In this document: in pieces, positions 1 to 8,920 of the stretch | Position numbering within the stretch: position 1 is the first letter of the stretch | How the letters are laid out: the number at the start of each line of letters is the position of its first letter | DNA from: Planctomycetota bacterium | Lineage (GTDB): Bacteria > Planctomycetota > Phycisphaerae > WQYP01 | DNA length: 64,000 nucleotides | NCBI GenBank assembly: GCA_021827645.1 | Contig: JAKAVA010000041.1 | Span: 2,076 to 66,075, forward strand | Direction of reading: 5' to 3' | Notes under the pieces: generated by a model | Database searches by the model: none | Seen by the model: only the letters and a program-made list of their open reading frames with translations | What the model was told of the DNA's origin: nothing | Position numbers and translations under genes: made by a program

Positions 1-2
1 TG

Positions 3-422
3 CTGGGGGGCGATCTGGCGTTTATTGATAAACGGCGGCAATCGGGCACGAAGGTGTTTATGTCGACGATCGTCGGCGATATCGTTGATAAGACGGTGTT
101 GATGTTTGATGACATGATCACCACCGGCGGAACCATAGCCGAGGCGAGCAAAATTTTGATGGACCGCGGGGCACGGGCCGTGCACATTGCGGCCACGCAT
201 GGCATTTTTGCCGGCGCCGCCATCGAACGCGTCGCCAAGAGCCCGATTACCAAGATTGTAATAACGGATACGGTACCGATTGATTCGCGGTTGGATCCGA
301 TCCGCGATCGTCTTGAGGTGCTTTCGATTTCCGATCTGCTCGGTGAGGCAATCCGGCGGATTCACCTCAATGAATCGGTATCAAGCCTGTTTGATAAGGG
401 TGGCAATGGCGGCAAGCGCTGA
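3..422 (+). CDS. prs: Ribose-phosphate pyrophosphokinase, C-terminal part (5' end outside window)
   Basis: IDKRR, PRPP-binding DDMITTGGT, ATHGIF, ITDTVP and EAIRRIHLNESVSSLF; frame open from position 3; upstream of rplY-pth. Confidence 0.95.
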   Translation: MGGDLAFIDKRRQSGTKVFMSTIVGDIVDKTVLMFDDMITTGGTIAEASKILMDRGARAVHIAATHGIFAGAAIERVAKSPITKIVITDTVPIDSRLDPIRDRLEVLSISDLLGEAIRRIHLNESVSSLFDKGGNGGKR

Positions 423-490
423 GTGCGCCCGCCGCAGATATGGATAAACGGGCCGGTGGGCCTTGATTTTTTTTCAGGAGAATGTGAGCC

Positions 491-1180
491 ATGGTGGCCA
501 AAACTATCAATGAACGTATCGTCCTTGAGACCCAACCCCGTGTGGAAGCGGGTCGAATGCATTCGCAGCGTCTGCGGGCGGAAGGTAAGTTGCCGGCAAT
601 TGTCTACGGACTTCAAGGCGCAAGCACATCGATCAGTGTTGATGCCGCGGCGGCCGAGCGGGCCGTTCACAGCGGAGCGCATCTGCTGGATTTGAAACTC
701 GGCGGCCAGGTGGAACACGTCCTGATTCAGGATGTGCAGTACGATCATCTGCATAAAGATATTGTGCATGTGGACTTCCTGCGGATTGATCCGCACAAGA
801 AGGTGCATGTGCGGATTGCCATCGAGTTCAAGGGTGTGGCCAAAGGGACGAAGGAAGGGGGCGCGCTGGACATTCAGCATGCCGAGCTGGAAGTTGAGAC
901 GCTTCCGCTTGAGATTCCGGACAGCCTGAGGGTGAACATTGATGATCTGGAACTCAACGGTGTGATTCATGCACGAGATGTTGCCCTGCCGGCCGGTATA
1001 CGCCTGCTAACACCGGGCGAACAGATCGTGTGCCAGGTGAAATTGCCGAAGGTTGTTGAAGCGACCACGGAAGCCGCACCGGGTCCGACAGAGCCGGAAG
1101 TTATTGGCAAGAAGCCGGATGAAGCGGCCGCAGCAGCAGCTCCGGCGGCGGGTGCGAAACCGGCCGGAGGCAAGAAGTAA
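491..1180 (+). CDS. rplY: 50S ribosomal protein L25/Ctc (long form)
   Basis: RLRAEGKLPAIVYG, QYDHLHKDIVHVDFLR, C-terminal beta domain, EPEVIGKK tail; AGGAG RBS. Confidence 0.95.
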   Translation: MVAKTINERIVLETQPRVEAGRMHSQRLRAEGKLPAIVYGLQGASTSISVDAAAAERAVHSGAHLLDLKLGGQVEHVLIQDVQYDHLHKDIVHVDFLRIDPHKKVHVRIAIEFKGVAKGTKEGGALDIQHAELEVETLPLEIPDSLRVNIDDLELNGVIHARDVALPAGIRLLTPGEQIVCQVKLPKVVEATTEAAPGPTEPEVIGKKPDEAAAAAAPAAGAKPAGGKK

Positions 1181-1234
1181 TCCGGTGCCGGATCGGACAT
1201 TTTCGGTGGTGGTATTCTCACCCCGGTGCACAGC

Positions 1235-1810
1235 ATGAAGCTCATTGTCGGCTTGGGTAACCCCGGTACCGAATATCAGCATACCCGGCATAACGCTGGA
1301 TTTATGCTTGCCGATACCCTCGCCGAGAAAGCGAATGCCGGCCACTGGAACAGAAAATTTTCCGGATTGGTAACCGACTTTCGGTGGGATACCGAAAAAG
1401 TGGTGCTGCTCAAGCCGGAAACGTACATGAATTTAAGCGGTCGATCGGTGCGGGCAGCGGTGGATTTCTATGATCTTCCAATCGCCGACTTGCTGGTACT
1501 TGTCGATGATATCGCTCTGCCGACGGGAAAAATTCGGCTGCGTACGGGGGGTTCAAGCGGTGGACATAATGGCTTGGCGAGCATTGCGGAGTCATTGCGT
1601 GGACGACTGGAGGCGCCCACCGATTTTGCCCGATTGCGTATCGGTGTCGGCCATCCGGGAAGCATTCCGCTGGAGCGATACGTGCTTTCGCGTTTCAGCC
1701 CGACGGAACGGGTGGAAATTGCCGGGGCTTTAACTCGTGGGGCCGACGCGGTAAACTGTTGGGTTCGCTCAGGTATTGCCGCCGCGATGAATGAGTATAA
1801 CGGCGGGTGA
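1235..1810 (+). CDS. pth: Peptidyl-tRNA hydrolase
   Basis: MKLIVGLGNPG, TRHNAGF, KPETYMNLSG, GGHNGL, RLRIGVG; ATG at 1235. Confidence 0.97.
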   Translation: MKLIVGLGNPGTEYQHTRHNAGFMLADTLAEKANAGHWNRKFSGLVTDFRWDTEKVVLLKPETYMNLSGRSVRAAVDFYDLPIADLLVLVDDIALPTGKIRLRTGGSSGGHNGLASIAESLRGRLEAPTDFARLRIGVGHPGSIPLERYVLSRFSPTERVEIAGALTRGADAVNCWVRSGIAAAMNEYNGG

Positions 1811-1973
1811 ATCTGGTATGCGACCCACACGTTGCGGATCAAGCGGATGATGCTCCGCAGGCAGCGCTGGATCGAATGAGGTAGAGGGATAAAGTGATTT
1901 TGTTTTGACGGGGAAACCCATGGTGGCGCACGTGGCGCCGCTCGCCGTCAGACGCATTTTGGAGAATCGGTTC

Positions 1974-2411
1974 ATGTCGGTACACATCGGCCAGTATGAA
2001 GGCTTGTTTTTAATTAACCCCACCTTTGCCGGCGGCAACTGGGATGCTGCGCGTCAGGAAGTGGAACATATCCTCAACCGTGCGAATGCGGAAATTTTAC
2101 ATCTTCGCAAGTGGGATGAGCGGCGACTGGCCTATCCGGTTGAGGGGCACAAGCGCGGGCTCTACGCGCTGGCGTTTTTCCGTTGTGAGGGGCCGAAGGT
2201 TGCGGGCATTGAACGTGACGTGCAGTTGTCGACCAATATTCTGCGTGCCCTGATTATTAAGGCTGATCATCTGGCCTTGGCGGATATGGAGCAGATGATT
2301 CCGCAGCAACCCGCAGTGGATGAACACTCGGGACGCGGATTCCGCCGATCTCATGAGCGGCAGGCGGAGCGCTCAAGCGATGCGTCGTCTGAACCCGAGA
2401 TCACGGCCTGA
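1974..2411 (+). CDS. rpsF: 30S ribosomal protein S6
   Basis: YEGLFLINP, WDERRLAYPV, ILRALII; GGAGA RBS before ATG 1974 (ORF track extends to 1905). Confidence 0.93.
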   Translation: MSVHIGQYEGLFLINPTFAGGNWDAARQEVEHILNRANAEILHLRKWDERRLAYPVEGHKRGLYALAFFRCEGPKVAGIERDVQLSTNILRALIIKADHLALADMEQMIPQQPAVDEHSGRGFRRSHERQAERSSDASSEPEITA

Positions 2412-2496
2412 TATCTCACCGGGAGGATATCCGCGCCCCACGGGTGGGGATGCACGAGAGTACACTGCAGGGTCAACGTAGTGAATGTGGTGACAT

Positions 2497-2964
2497 ATGG
2501 CAAACCTCAATAAAGTTTTTCTGATGGGAAACCTCACCCGGGACCCACAACTTTCTTACACCCCGTCGCAGACGCCGGTTTGTGAGCTGGGCTTGGCGGT
2601 GAATCGCCGCTGGACGGCCCAGGACGGCCAGCAGAAGGAAGAGGTGACGTATGTTGACTGCACCTCCTACGGGAAACAGGCCGAGACGCTGTCGAAGTAC
2701 ATGAAGAAGGGGCGGCCCATATTTATTGAGGGGCGATTGAAACTGGATCAATGGGAAGCGCAGGACGGGTCCAAGCGATCGAAGATGCGGGTTGTGGTGG
2801 AAGGGTTCCAGTTTCTCGGCGGACCGGATTCCCGCGGTGGCGAAGGCGGGGAAGGAAGCGCTCCGCGATATCAACCGCGGACGGCGCCGCAGGGCGGTCG
2901 CCCATCTGCGCCGCAGAATGATGACGCTCCGCCGCCGGTATCGGATGATGATATTCCGTTTTAA
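2497..2964 (+). CDS. ssb: Single-stranded DNA-binding protein
   Basis: NKVFLMGNLTRDP, IFIEGRL, C-terminal DDDIPF. Confidence 0.98.
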   Translation: MANLNKVFLMGNLTRDPQLSYTPSQTPVCELGLAVNRRWTAQDGQQKEEVTYVDCTSYGKQAETLSKYMKKGRPIFIEGRLKLDQWEAQDGSKRSKMRVVVEGFQFLGGPDSRGGEGGEGSAPRYQPRTAPQGGRPSAPQNDDAPPPVSDDDIPF

Positions 2965-3038
2965 GTCCGGCGGGCGGGCTGAAAATCGGCCGCCGTCGAT
3001 ATTTGAATGATTGATTTTTTACATACGCGAGGTGAATA

Positions 3039-3551
3039 ATGAAAGTTTTATTAACAGACACGATTGATAAAGTCGGAATCGTCGGCACGGTGGTGGATGT
3101 CAGCGAGGGATATGCCCGCAACTATCTGCTGCCGAAGAAACTGGCCACCACCCCCACGCCCGGCAACATCCAGCGACTGGAAGCCGCCCGTAAGGAGCAT
3201 GAGGCCCGGATGAAATTGCTGCGTGAGCAGAAGGAATCGCTTCTGGCGGCCATCACCGGCTTGGAACTTACCATTGCGCGGGCATCAAACGAAGAGGGTC
3301 ACCTGTTCGGATCCGTATCGCGGCGGGACATCTCTGATGAATTGATGAAACTCGGCCACGCGGTTACACCGGATGATGTTCGGTTGGATGAGCCGCTGCG
3401 CCGCATTGATACCTTTATGGTCAATGTCCAGCTGGCAACCGATCTGAAAACGCAGATTAAAATCTGGGTAGTACGTGAAAAGACGGCCCAGGAAGGCGAA
3501 GCCACGGCTGCGGCGAGCGAGAATTCGGGCGACACCCAGTCTACCGAGTAA
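3039..3551 (+). CDS. rplI: 50S ribosomal protein L9
   Basis: GYARNYLLPKKLA, GHLFGSVS; GAGGTG RBS. Confidence 0.97.
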   Translation: MKVLLTDTIDKVGIVGTVVDVSEGYARNYLLPKKLATTPTPGNIQRLEAARKEHEARMKLLREQKESLLAAITGLELTIARASNEEGHLFGSVSRRDISDELMKLGHAVTPDDVRLDEPLRRIDTFMVNVQLATDLKTQIKIWVVREKTAQEGEATAAASENSGDTQSTE

Positions 3552-3674
3552 GCGCGACGGTAAAAATCAATACCAGACCGGCGAGACGAAAATCGCGTCC
3601 ACCCGGAAGATGATCTTGGGCCGATGTCAGGCGATGAGCCGCATCGGCCTCTTTAATGCCTCGCGGCTCTGGTA

Positions 3675-4139
3675 ATGACCAATCAACCATACCACGTCCG
3701 ACTTTCGCAAATCACCGATCCATCTCAGGCAGTGTCGATCGGTGATGGAAACCAGGTAAGTGGCGTGACCACCGATGAGATATTCTTCACATTCAGTCAG
3801 CAGTAGAATAACGCGTGTGGATTTGCAGGCCCGGCCCATCAGCAACTGAAATACCCCGATTCTCTCGTTCCCCCGAATGGCCTTATCCCCGGCGATGTGG
3901 CCAATTTGGACCTTCCCGCATGGATTTGGAACCGCGATTCAAGCTTCGGCCTCCGGTACCGTCACGGCAACGATGGCAATGGCGTTTTTGTTTTTAGTGA
4001 TGCGACATCAATCCCAATGAACAACAATACTCCTGCCGCTGTGCCGGGCTCGCCCGGAACATCCGGCTCTACGGGGCGGAAGATTCTTAATATCATCAAC
4101 TCCAACCTGTCAGCGTCAGTGGCTCAAAACCTGTATTGA
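3675..4139 (+). pseudogene. 5'-truncated paralog of the C-terminal half of the downstream DUF1559/H-X9-DG gene, with an in-frame TAG
   Basis: Reads RLSQITDPSQAVSIGDGNQV...FTFSQQ*NNA...[11 protein letters not shown]...QNLY, colinear with 5039-5482; TAG at 3804-3806; no prepilin N-terminus. Confidence 0.85.
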
Positions 4140-4489
4140 TCCGCTCCGCCCGGTCAAAGAATAAAAACCATCGCCGGAATCGTGATACAAATCCAGAAGT
4201 CTATTTGTCAAAAATAACCTAACGTAAAAGCCAATCTTCCTGTAGACTTTGGTCCATAGGAGGCGTGTGCAGTAGCAACCTGCAATTCTAGAACAGGTGG
4301 CACTGCAAGGTCTCATGCGGACGGCGACGCGAAAGCTGGGCAACCGATTGCATGTGGTTGTTTGGCACACCGGTTCCAAGGCTCACTGTGGGCGTTCTGG
4401 TCTGGTAATCTGCTCGAACTGCTGCATGCTCAAAGGCGAGTCTATACTGTTTTGCACCGTTTAATGTATTTATGTCGAGGAGGCATAAA

Positions 4490-5482
4490 ATGGGTATGCG
4501 TGGAATGTCCAGACTCAGTGGGAATAAGATGGGCAAAAAGCTCGGCCGCGGTGGTTTCACCTTGGTTGAATTGCTTGTTGTTATTTCAATCATCGCACTT
4601 TTAATATCACTTCTTCTGCCCGCCCTCTCCAAGGCAAAGGCGGATGCGGTAACGATTTCCTGCCTGGCCAATCTCAGGTCGCTTGGGCAGATCACCAATG
4701 AATATGCTCAGAATTACCAGGACTCACTCCCTTTTGGGAGTTCAACGGCCACGAACTGGCCTAATCAGTGGGGGCAGGATAGCTGGGATGCCCTCCTTTT
4801 TGCATTTAACAAAAATATCCTCCCCAGCCCCGCTTGGGAATTGGCTTACGCAGAGGGCAACACCTATTTCCCAAAGCCCGATCGCTTTCCGGGACGCCCA
4901 GGTGAATATAATGCGATGTTCGTTTGTCCCGCATCAACCATCATGCCTTCTCCGGGCGCAGCCATGTGCACGTATTCTGCCAACCCTAATTTCTTCATGG
5001 CGTATAACCGGTACAACACTAAAAACCTTTACACCTGCCGCCTTTCCCAAATGACTGACCCGTCCCAGTCGGTGGCGATCGGTGATGGAAACCAAGTCAT
5101 GACGGGAGAAACGACCGCTGATTCCAGCGCCTTTACATTCAGTTGGCAGCAGAATACCGCTAATGGATTCATAGGCCCTGCCAATCAGTACATGAACTAT
5201 CCCGATTACCTTGTTCCGCCGAATGGCCTCGTCGCAGGTGCTACCGCCAATTTGGACACTCCCGCATGGGTTCCCAGCGCCAGCGGTTACGGCCTTCGGT
5301 ATCGTCACGGTAACGACGCCAATGTCGTCTTCTTCGACGGTCACGCGACTTCGATCCCGATCAACAACAATACTCCCGGTAATCCACCGGGAACGCCCGG
5401 ATCATCCGGCTCCACTGGCCTGAAGATTATCAATATCATCAACCCCAACCTGCCGGCTTCGGTAGATCAAAACCTATATTGA
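4490..5482 (+). CDS. Prepilin-type N-terminal cleavage/methylation domain protein with H-X9-DG motif (DUF1559-like)
   Basis: G|[55 protein letters not shown]; GAGGAGG RBS before ATG 4490. Confidence 0.92.
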   Translation: MGMRGMSRLSGNKMGKKLGRGGFTLVELLVVISIIALLISLLLPALSKAKADAVTISCLANLRSLGQITNEYAQNYQDSLPFGSSTATNWPNQWGQDSWDALLFAFNKNILPSPAWELAYAEGNTYFPKPDRFPGRPGEYNAMFVCPASTIMPSPGAAMCTYSANPNFFMAYNRYNTKNLYTCRLSQMTDPSQSVAIGDGNQVMTGETTADSSAFTFSWQQNTANGFIGPANQYMNYPDYLVPPNGLVAGATANLDTPAWVPSASGYGLRYRHGNDANVVFFDGHATSIPINNNTPGNPPGTPGSSGSTGLKIINIINPNLPASVDQNLY

Positions 5483-5513
5483 ACGGCCGTGGGGTATGAA
5501 CTTGAACAATGAT

Positions 5514-5541
5514 GTGGGGTGGCTGTAGCTCGCCACCCCAC
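5514..5541 (+). terminator. GC-rich hairpin after the DUF1559 gene (terminator or mRNA stabiliser)
   Basis: GTGGGGTGGC-N8-GCCACCCCAC, perfect 10-bp stem; weak U tail. Confidence 0.5.
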
Positions 5542-5653
5542 GTTCGTCTAAACTCTTAGGTACGGGAAGGACCCTCAAGCATCGGCGCTATGGTGGCGTA
5601 ATGCTGCGTGGCAAAATAAGTCGTGGTGTCATGAATGAAAAGGAGTTTCTGTT

Positions 5654-7198
5654 ATGAAACGACGAACGTTTGTCAAAGCAGGAGCGGCGACCGCAGCAGC
5701 GGGCACACTCGCCTCCGTGCGCCCGGTTCGTGCTGCAAGAGCAAGTCGTCAGAGTCGCCGACCGAACATCTTGGTATTTCTAACCGATGATCAGGGGCGA
5801 TGGGCGCAGCAACCTTACGGCAACCCGGATGTCAAAACGCCTAATATGAGCTGGCTTGCCGAGCACGGTACCAAGATGACGCGGGCCTACACCACCTGCC
5901 CGGTCTGCTCTCCCGCACGAGCCTCATTTTTCACCGGGCGTATGCCATCCCAGCATGGCATTCAGGACTGGCTCTACGAACCCGGACATATCTATGACAA
6001 TTGCCTCAAAGGCCAGACACTCATCTCCGAACCCCTCAAGAGCGCCGGATACCACACCGGCTTGGTCGGTAAATGGCATTGTGGAGCAACGCGATTTCCA
6101 AAGACGGCATTTGACTATTGGTTCAGCTACTGGGTGTGGCAGTATCCCCATTTCGGTAAGCAGAACTTTTCCAATCAGGGAAATTATCTCGAAGAGTACG
6201 GCAACCAATCTCATCTGCTCACCAATCGTGCCTTGGAGTTCCTGAAAAATTCACGCGCCGGACGGCGAAAAAACCGCGAACCGTTTTTCCTGTTTGTCGG
6301 TTATACCGATACCCATTCACCCCATATTCAGGCCCCCAAAAAATATGTCGATTATTACAATCGGCAGCCGCTTAACTGGTTCAAGGTTCCACCGTTTGCC
6401 TCGTGTCACGGCCAGATTGCAAGTCTTGCCAACGGCGTTCCGCGTCTGGCATCGGAACAGCACGCCCGCCTGGCCGAATATTACGGCGCGGTCGCCAATA
6501 TCGATGATCAGGTCGGAAGAGTTCTCGCCGCATTAAAGCAGATGGGTGAACTCGACGACACCATGATCGTCTACACCGGTGACCATGGTCTCAACGGCGG
6601 ACACAATGGCTTCTGGGAAAAAGGCAACGCCACCATCCCCCAAAATTTCGTGGATGATTCCATTCTCATCTCTTCCATCATCTCCTGGCGTAATGGCGAT
6701 GTAAAAGCCGGTGTCAGCAATGATGCCATTGTTAACCATCCCGATCTCTTCATGACCATCCTCGATGTCGCCCAAGCTCACCCCGGTCAAGCCGTCTTGG
6801 ATAGCATTAATTCCCCCGGGTTGTCCTATCTGCGGCAGTTGCGTGGTGAACAGGTATCAGGTTGGCGAGACTCCATCATCTGTGAGTACGGCAACGCTAG
6901 AATGATTCGCACTCACCGCTATAAACTCATTCTCCGTTATCCGTATGATTGGGTGCAGGCTCCCAACGAACTTTATGATCTTCAAAGTGATCCCCACGAG
7001 CGCGTCAATGTCTACAACAAGGCGCAGCACGCGGAGTTAATCAAAGACCTGAGCCGAAAAATAAATGCTTTCTTCAAGGTCTACACGGTGCCGGGCAATT
7101 CCGGCCTCGAACTTGAAAAGCAGCCAATTCCCAACCCGCAGGCTCCATGGATACGCATGGCTCGCCGCGATACGCAGTGGATTGTGCGGGATTATTAA
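5654..7198 (+). CDS. Tat-exported formylglycine-dependent (S1) sulfatase
   Basis: MKRRTFVK Tat signal, PNILVFLTDDQ, CSPAR (CxPxR), GKWH, GDHG, ELYDLQSDPHE. Confidence 0.93.
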   Translation: MKRRTFVKAGAATAAAGTLASVRPVRAARASRQSRRPNILVFLTDDQGRWAQQPYGNPDVKTPNMSWLAEHGTKMTRAYTTCPVCSPARASFFTGRMPSQHGIQDWLYEPGHIYDNCLKGQTLISEPLKSAGYHTGLVGKWHCGATRFPKTAFDYWFSYWVWQYPHFGKQNFSNQGNYLEEYGNQSHLLTNRALEFLKNSRAGRRKNREPFFLFVGYTDTHSPHIQAPKKYVDYYNRQPLNWFKVPPFASCHGQIASLANGVPRLASEQHARLAEYYGAVANIDDQVGRVLAALKQMGELDDTMIVYTGDHGLNGGHNGFWEKGNATIPQNFVDDSILISSIISWRNGDVKAGVSNDAIVNHPDLFMTILDVAQAHPGQAVLDSINSPGLSYLRQLRGEQVSGWRDSIICEYGNARMIRTHRYKLILRYPYDWVQAPNELYDLQSDPHERVNVYNKAQHAELIKDLSRKINAFFKVYTVPGNSGLELEKQPIPNPQAPWIRMARRDTQWIVRDY

Positions 7199-7396
7199 TA
7201 CCGTACGGTTTTGTCGGATGACGCCGGATCGGGCACCTGCGCCGTGCGGACAGGTCTCGATCCGGTTCTCTCTGTACTGGAAATTCTTGCACGGCGCCCA
7301 ACGCCGGCGTTATTCCCCGCAGGTTGCGACCCTGGCTTCAAACGGATGGGCTCTGGCCGGGCTTTGATGACTGGTGGGAGGATGGCCAATCGATAA

Positions 7397-8578
7397 TTAC
7401 GTGTTCGTCCGGTTTTTTTCCGCCTCTTTACGCATCAGCTTTCGCATGTCACGCGGAGTATTCCGGTAAAAAGTGTGAAACGATGTGCTGAACTGCCGCG
7501 GCGAACTGTATCCCGTCTCTTCCGAAATCTGCGCAATGGGCATATCGGAATCCGAAAGCAGGTTGCGGGCTTTTTCCATCTGTACCCGCTGAATCTCCGT
7601 CGCCGGGCTTCGACCGATCGCCGCCGCAAAGTGGCGCTCCAGGGTTGGCCGGGAAACCCCCAACTGTTTGGCGAGCCATTTCACGGATACCCCTTTCGAC
7701 AGATTTTGCTGAATCAGCGCCATTCCCTGCCGCACCAGCGTATCATCAACGCCGAAAATATCGGAGGATAATCGCGTGACCACCCGCAGCGGCGGGATCA
7801 GCAACTGAGTTGTCTTTAGCTTTCGCCTGCGCATAAGCTGATACAGCATGTCCATCCCTCGAAATCCAATGGTGTGGGTATCCAATGCAATGCTGGAAAG
7901 GTGTGGTCTCCGAAGTTGTCCGTATAAATCGTCGTTGTCGGTGCCGAGAATCGCGAGCGACTCCGGAACCTTGATCTTCAATCGATGGCATGCCTCCACC
8001 AGATAAATACCCAGAAGATCATCTCCTGCATAGATCGCTGCCGGGGGTACCAGTTTTTTCAACCAGCGAACCGCTGTGCTCGGATACACGCCGGCCCGAT
8101 CTTCCGCTTCTCCCTCACCTTTGAAAAAATAATGGGCGGTCAAGCCTCTCTCGGACGCCCTTGCTAAAAACCCGTCCCGCCGCGCATCCGACCAATATCG
8201 ATTCTCCATCCCGTAATAAGTAAGCCGACGAAATCCCCGATCGATGAAATAATCAGCTGCCAATCGACCTACCGCAAAATCATCCGTCACGACGCGCGGC
8301 AGGCTTGATACCGGAACCTCTGCGGACACATCGATTGCAGGGATACCCTTCTCGGCAATTAATCTCGGCAGTTCCCAGGACGGGGGGCTTCCCGCCGTGA
8401 TGACACCATGGATATGACCCCGAATCAGAAGTGGAAAATCCGCAATCTCAAAATTGTCCGGAAAAAACACCCGGATCTCCGGCTGCCTTGATGCATAATC
8501 AGCGGCACCCCGCAGCACATCTCGATTGTACGCGACGGCCAAGTTTCCCAGAAACAGTACCCGCTTATTTTTCCTCAC
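7397..8578 (-). CDS. XylR-type regulator (LacI-like sugar-binding domain + AraC HTH)
   Basis: N-terminal periplasmic-binding-protein fold (LAILGTDND, LSSIALD, RVVTRLSSD); C-terminal AraC (GVSRPTLERHF, ETGYSSPRQFSTSF). Confidence 0.9.
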   Translation of the reverse strand: MRKNKRVLFLGNLAVAYNRDVLRGAADYASRQPEIRVFFPDNFEIADFPLLIRGHIHGVITAGSPPSWELPRLIAEKGIPAIDVSAEVPVSSLPRVVTDDFAVGRLAADYFIDRGFRRLTYYGMENRYWSDARRDGFLARASERGLTAHYFFKGEGEAEDRAGVYPSTAVRWLKKLVPPAAIYAGDDLLGIYLVEACHRLKIKVPESLAILGTDNDDLYGQLRRPHLSSIALDTHTIGFRGMDMLYQLMRRRKLKTTQLLIPPLRVVTRLSSDIFGVDDTLVRQGMALIQQNLSKGVSVKWLAKQLGVSRPTLERHFAAAIGRSPATEIQRVQMEKARNLLSDSDMPIAQISEETGYSSPRQFSTSFHTFYRNTPRDMRKLMRKEAEKNRTNT

Positions 8579-8685
8579 GTCCGGCTTACCCCCAATTTGC
8601 GATTCTGCAAAGAGTATAGCATCAACATGATAAAATTTCAGAAGTTATTTTTCACATTTTCACCTTTTTGTTCCGTGGGACAGCC

Positions 8686-8920
8686 ATTAAACTCTGAGCC
8701 GTCCCGGCGGGGTTGCCTCTGAGGTGTCCAACAGGGGGCAACTTCAGGTTGCGGCTTGGCCCCCGGCTTCGTGATGAATTGGGTGACACCTTGAAGTTGA
8801 AAATCTGCCCTGGCCGACCCCAACGCAGTTCTTCCACCGTATAGGCAGGCGGCTTTTTGCCTGTGAAATCGTGGAAAACGACCAATGGATTTGGATTGAT
8901 AAAATCCAATTAAACTCTGA
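8686..8920. repeat. 12-bp direct repeat ATTAAACTCTGA (8686-8697, 8909-8920) bounding a hairpin-rich spacer
   Basis: Both exact copies read directly from the sequence. Confidence 0.8.

Noticed and set aside
3804-3806. Stop-codon recoding (pyrrolysine/readthrough) of the in-frame TAG
   Set aside because: It aligns to CAG (Gln) in the paralog, so it is a simple C-to-T nonsense change in a copy with other lesions
4363-4378. Sigma54 promoter upstream of the DUF1559 gene (TGGCAC-N5-TTCCA)
   Set aside because: The conserved -12 GC dinucleotide is absent
3699-5482. Diversity-generating retroelement TR/VR pair
   Set aside because: Mismatches are not adenine-specific (tcg/tcc, acc/act, gat/gac, tct/tcc), many are synonymous, there are indels, and no reverse transcriptase is in the window
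8652-8909. 85-aa minus-strand ORF as a real gene
   Set aside because: No recognisable family or RBS; lies in a divergent regulatory spacer
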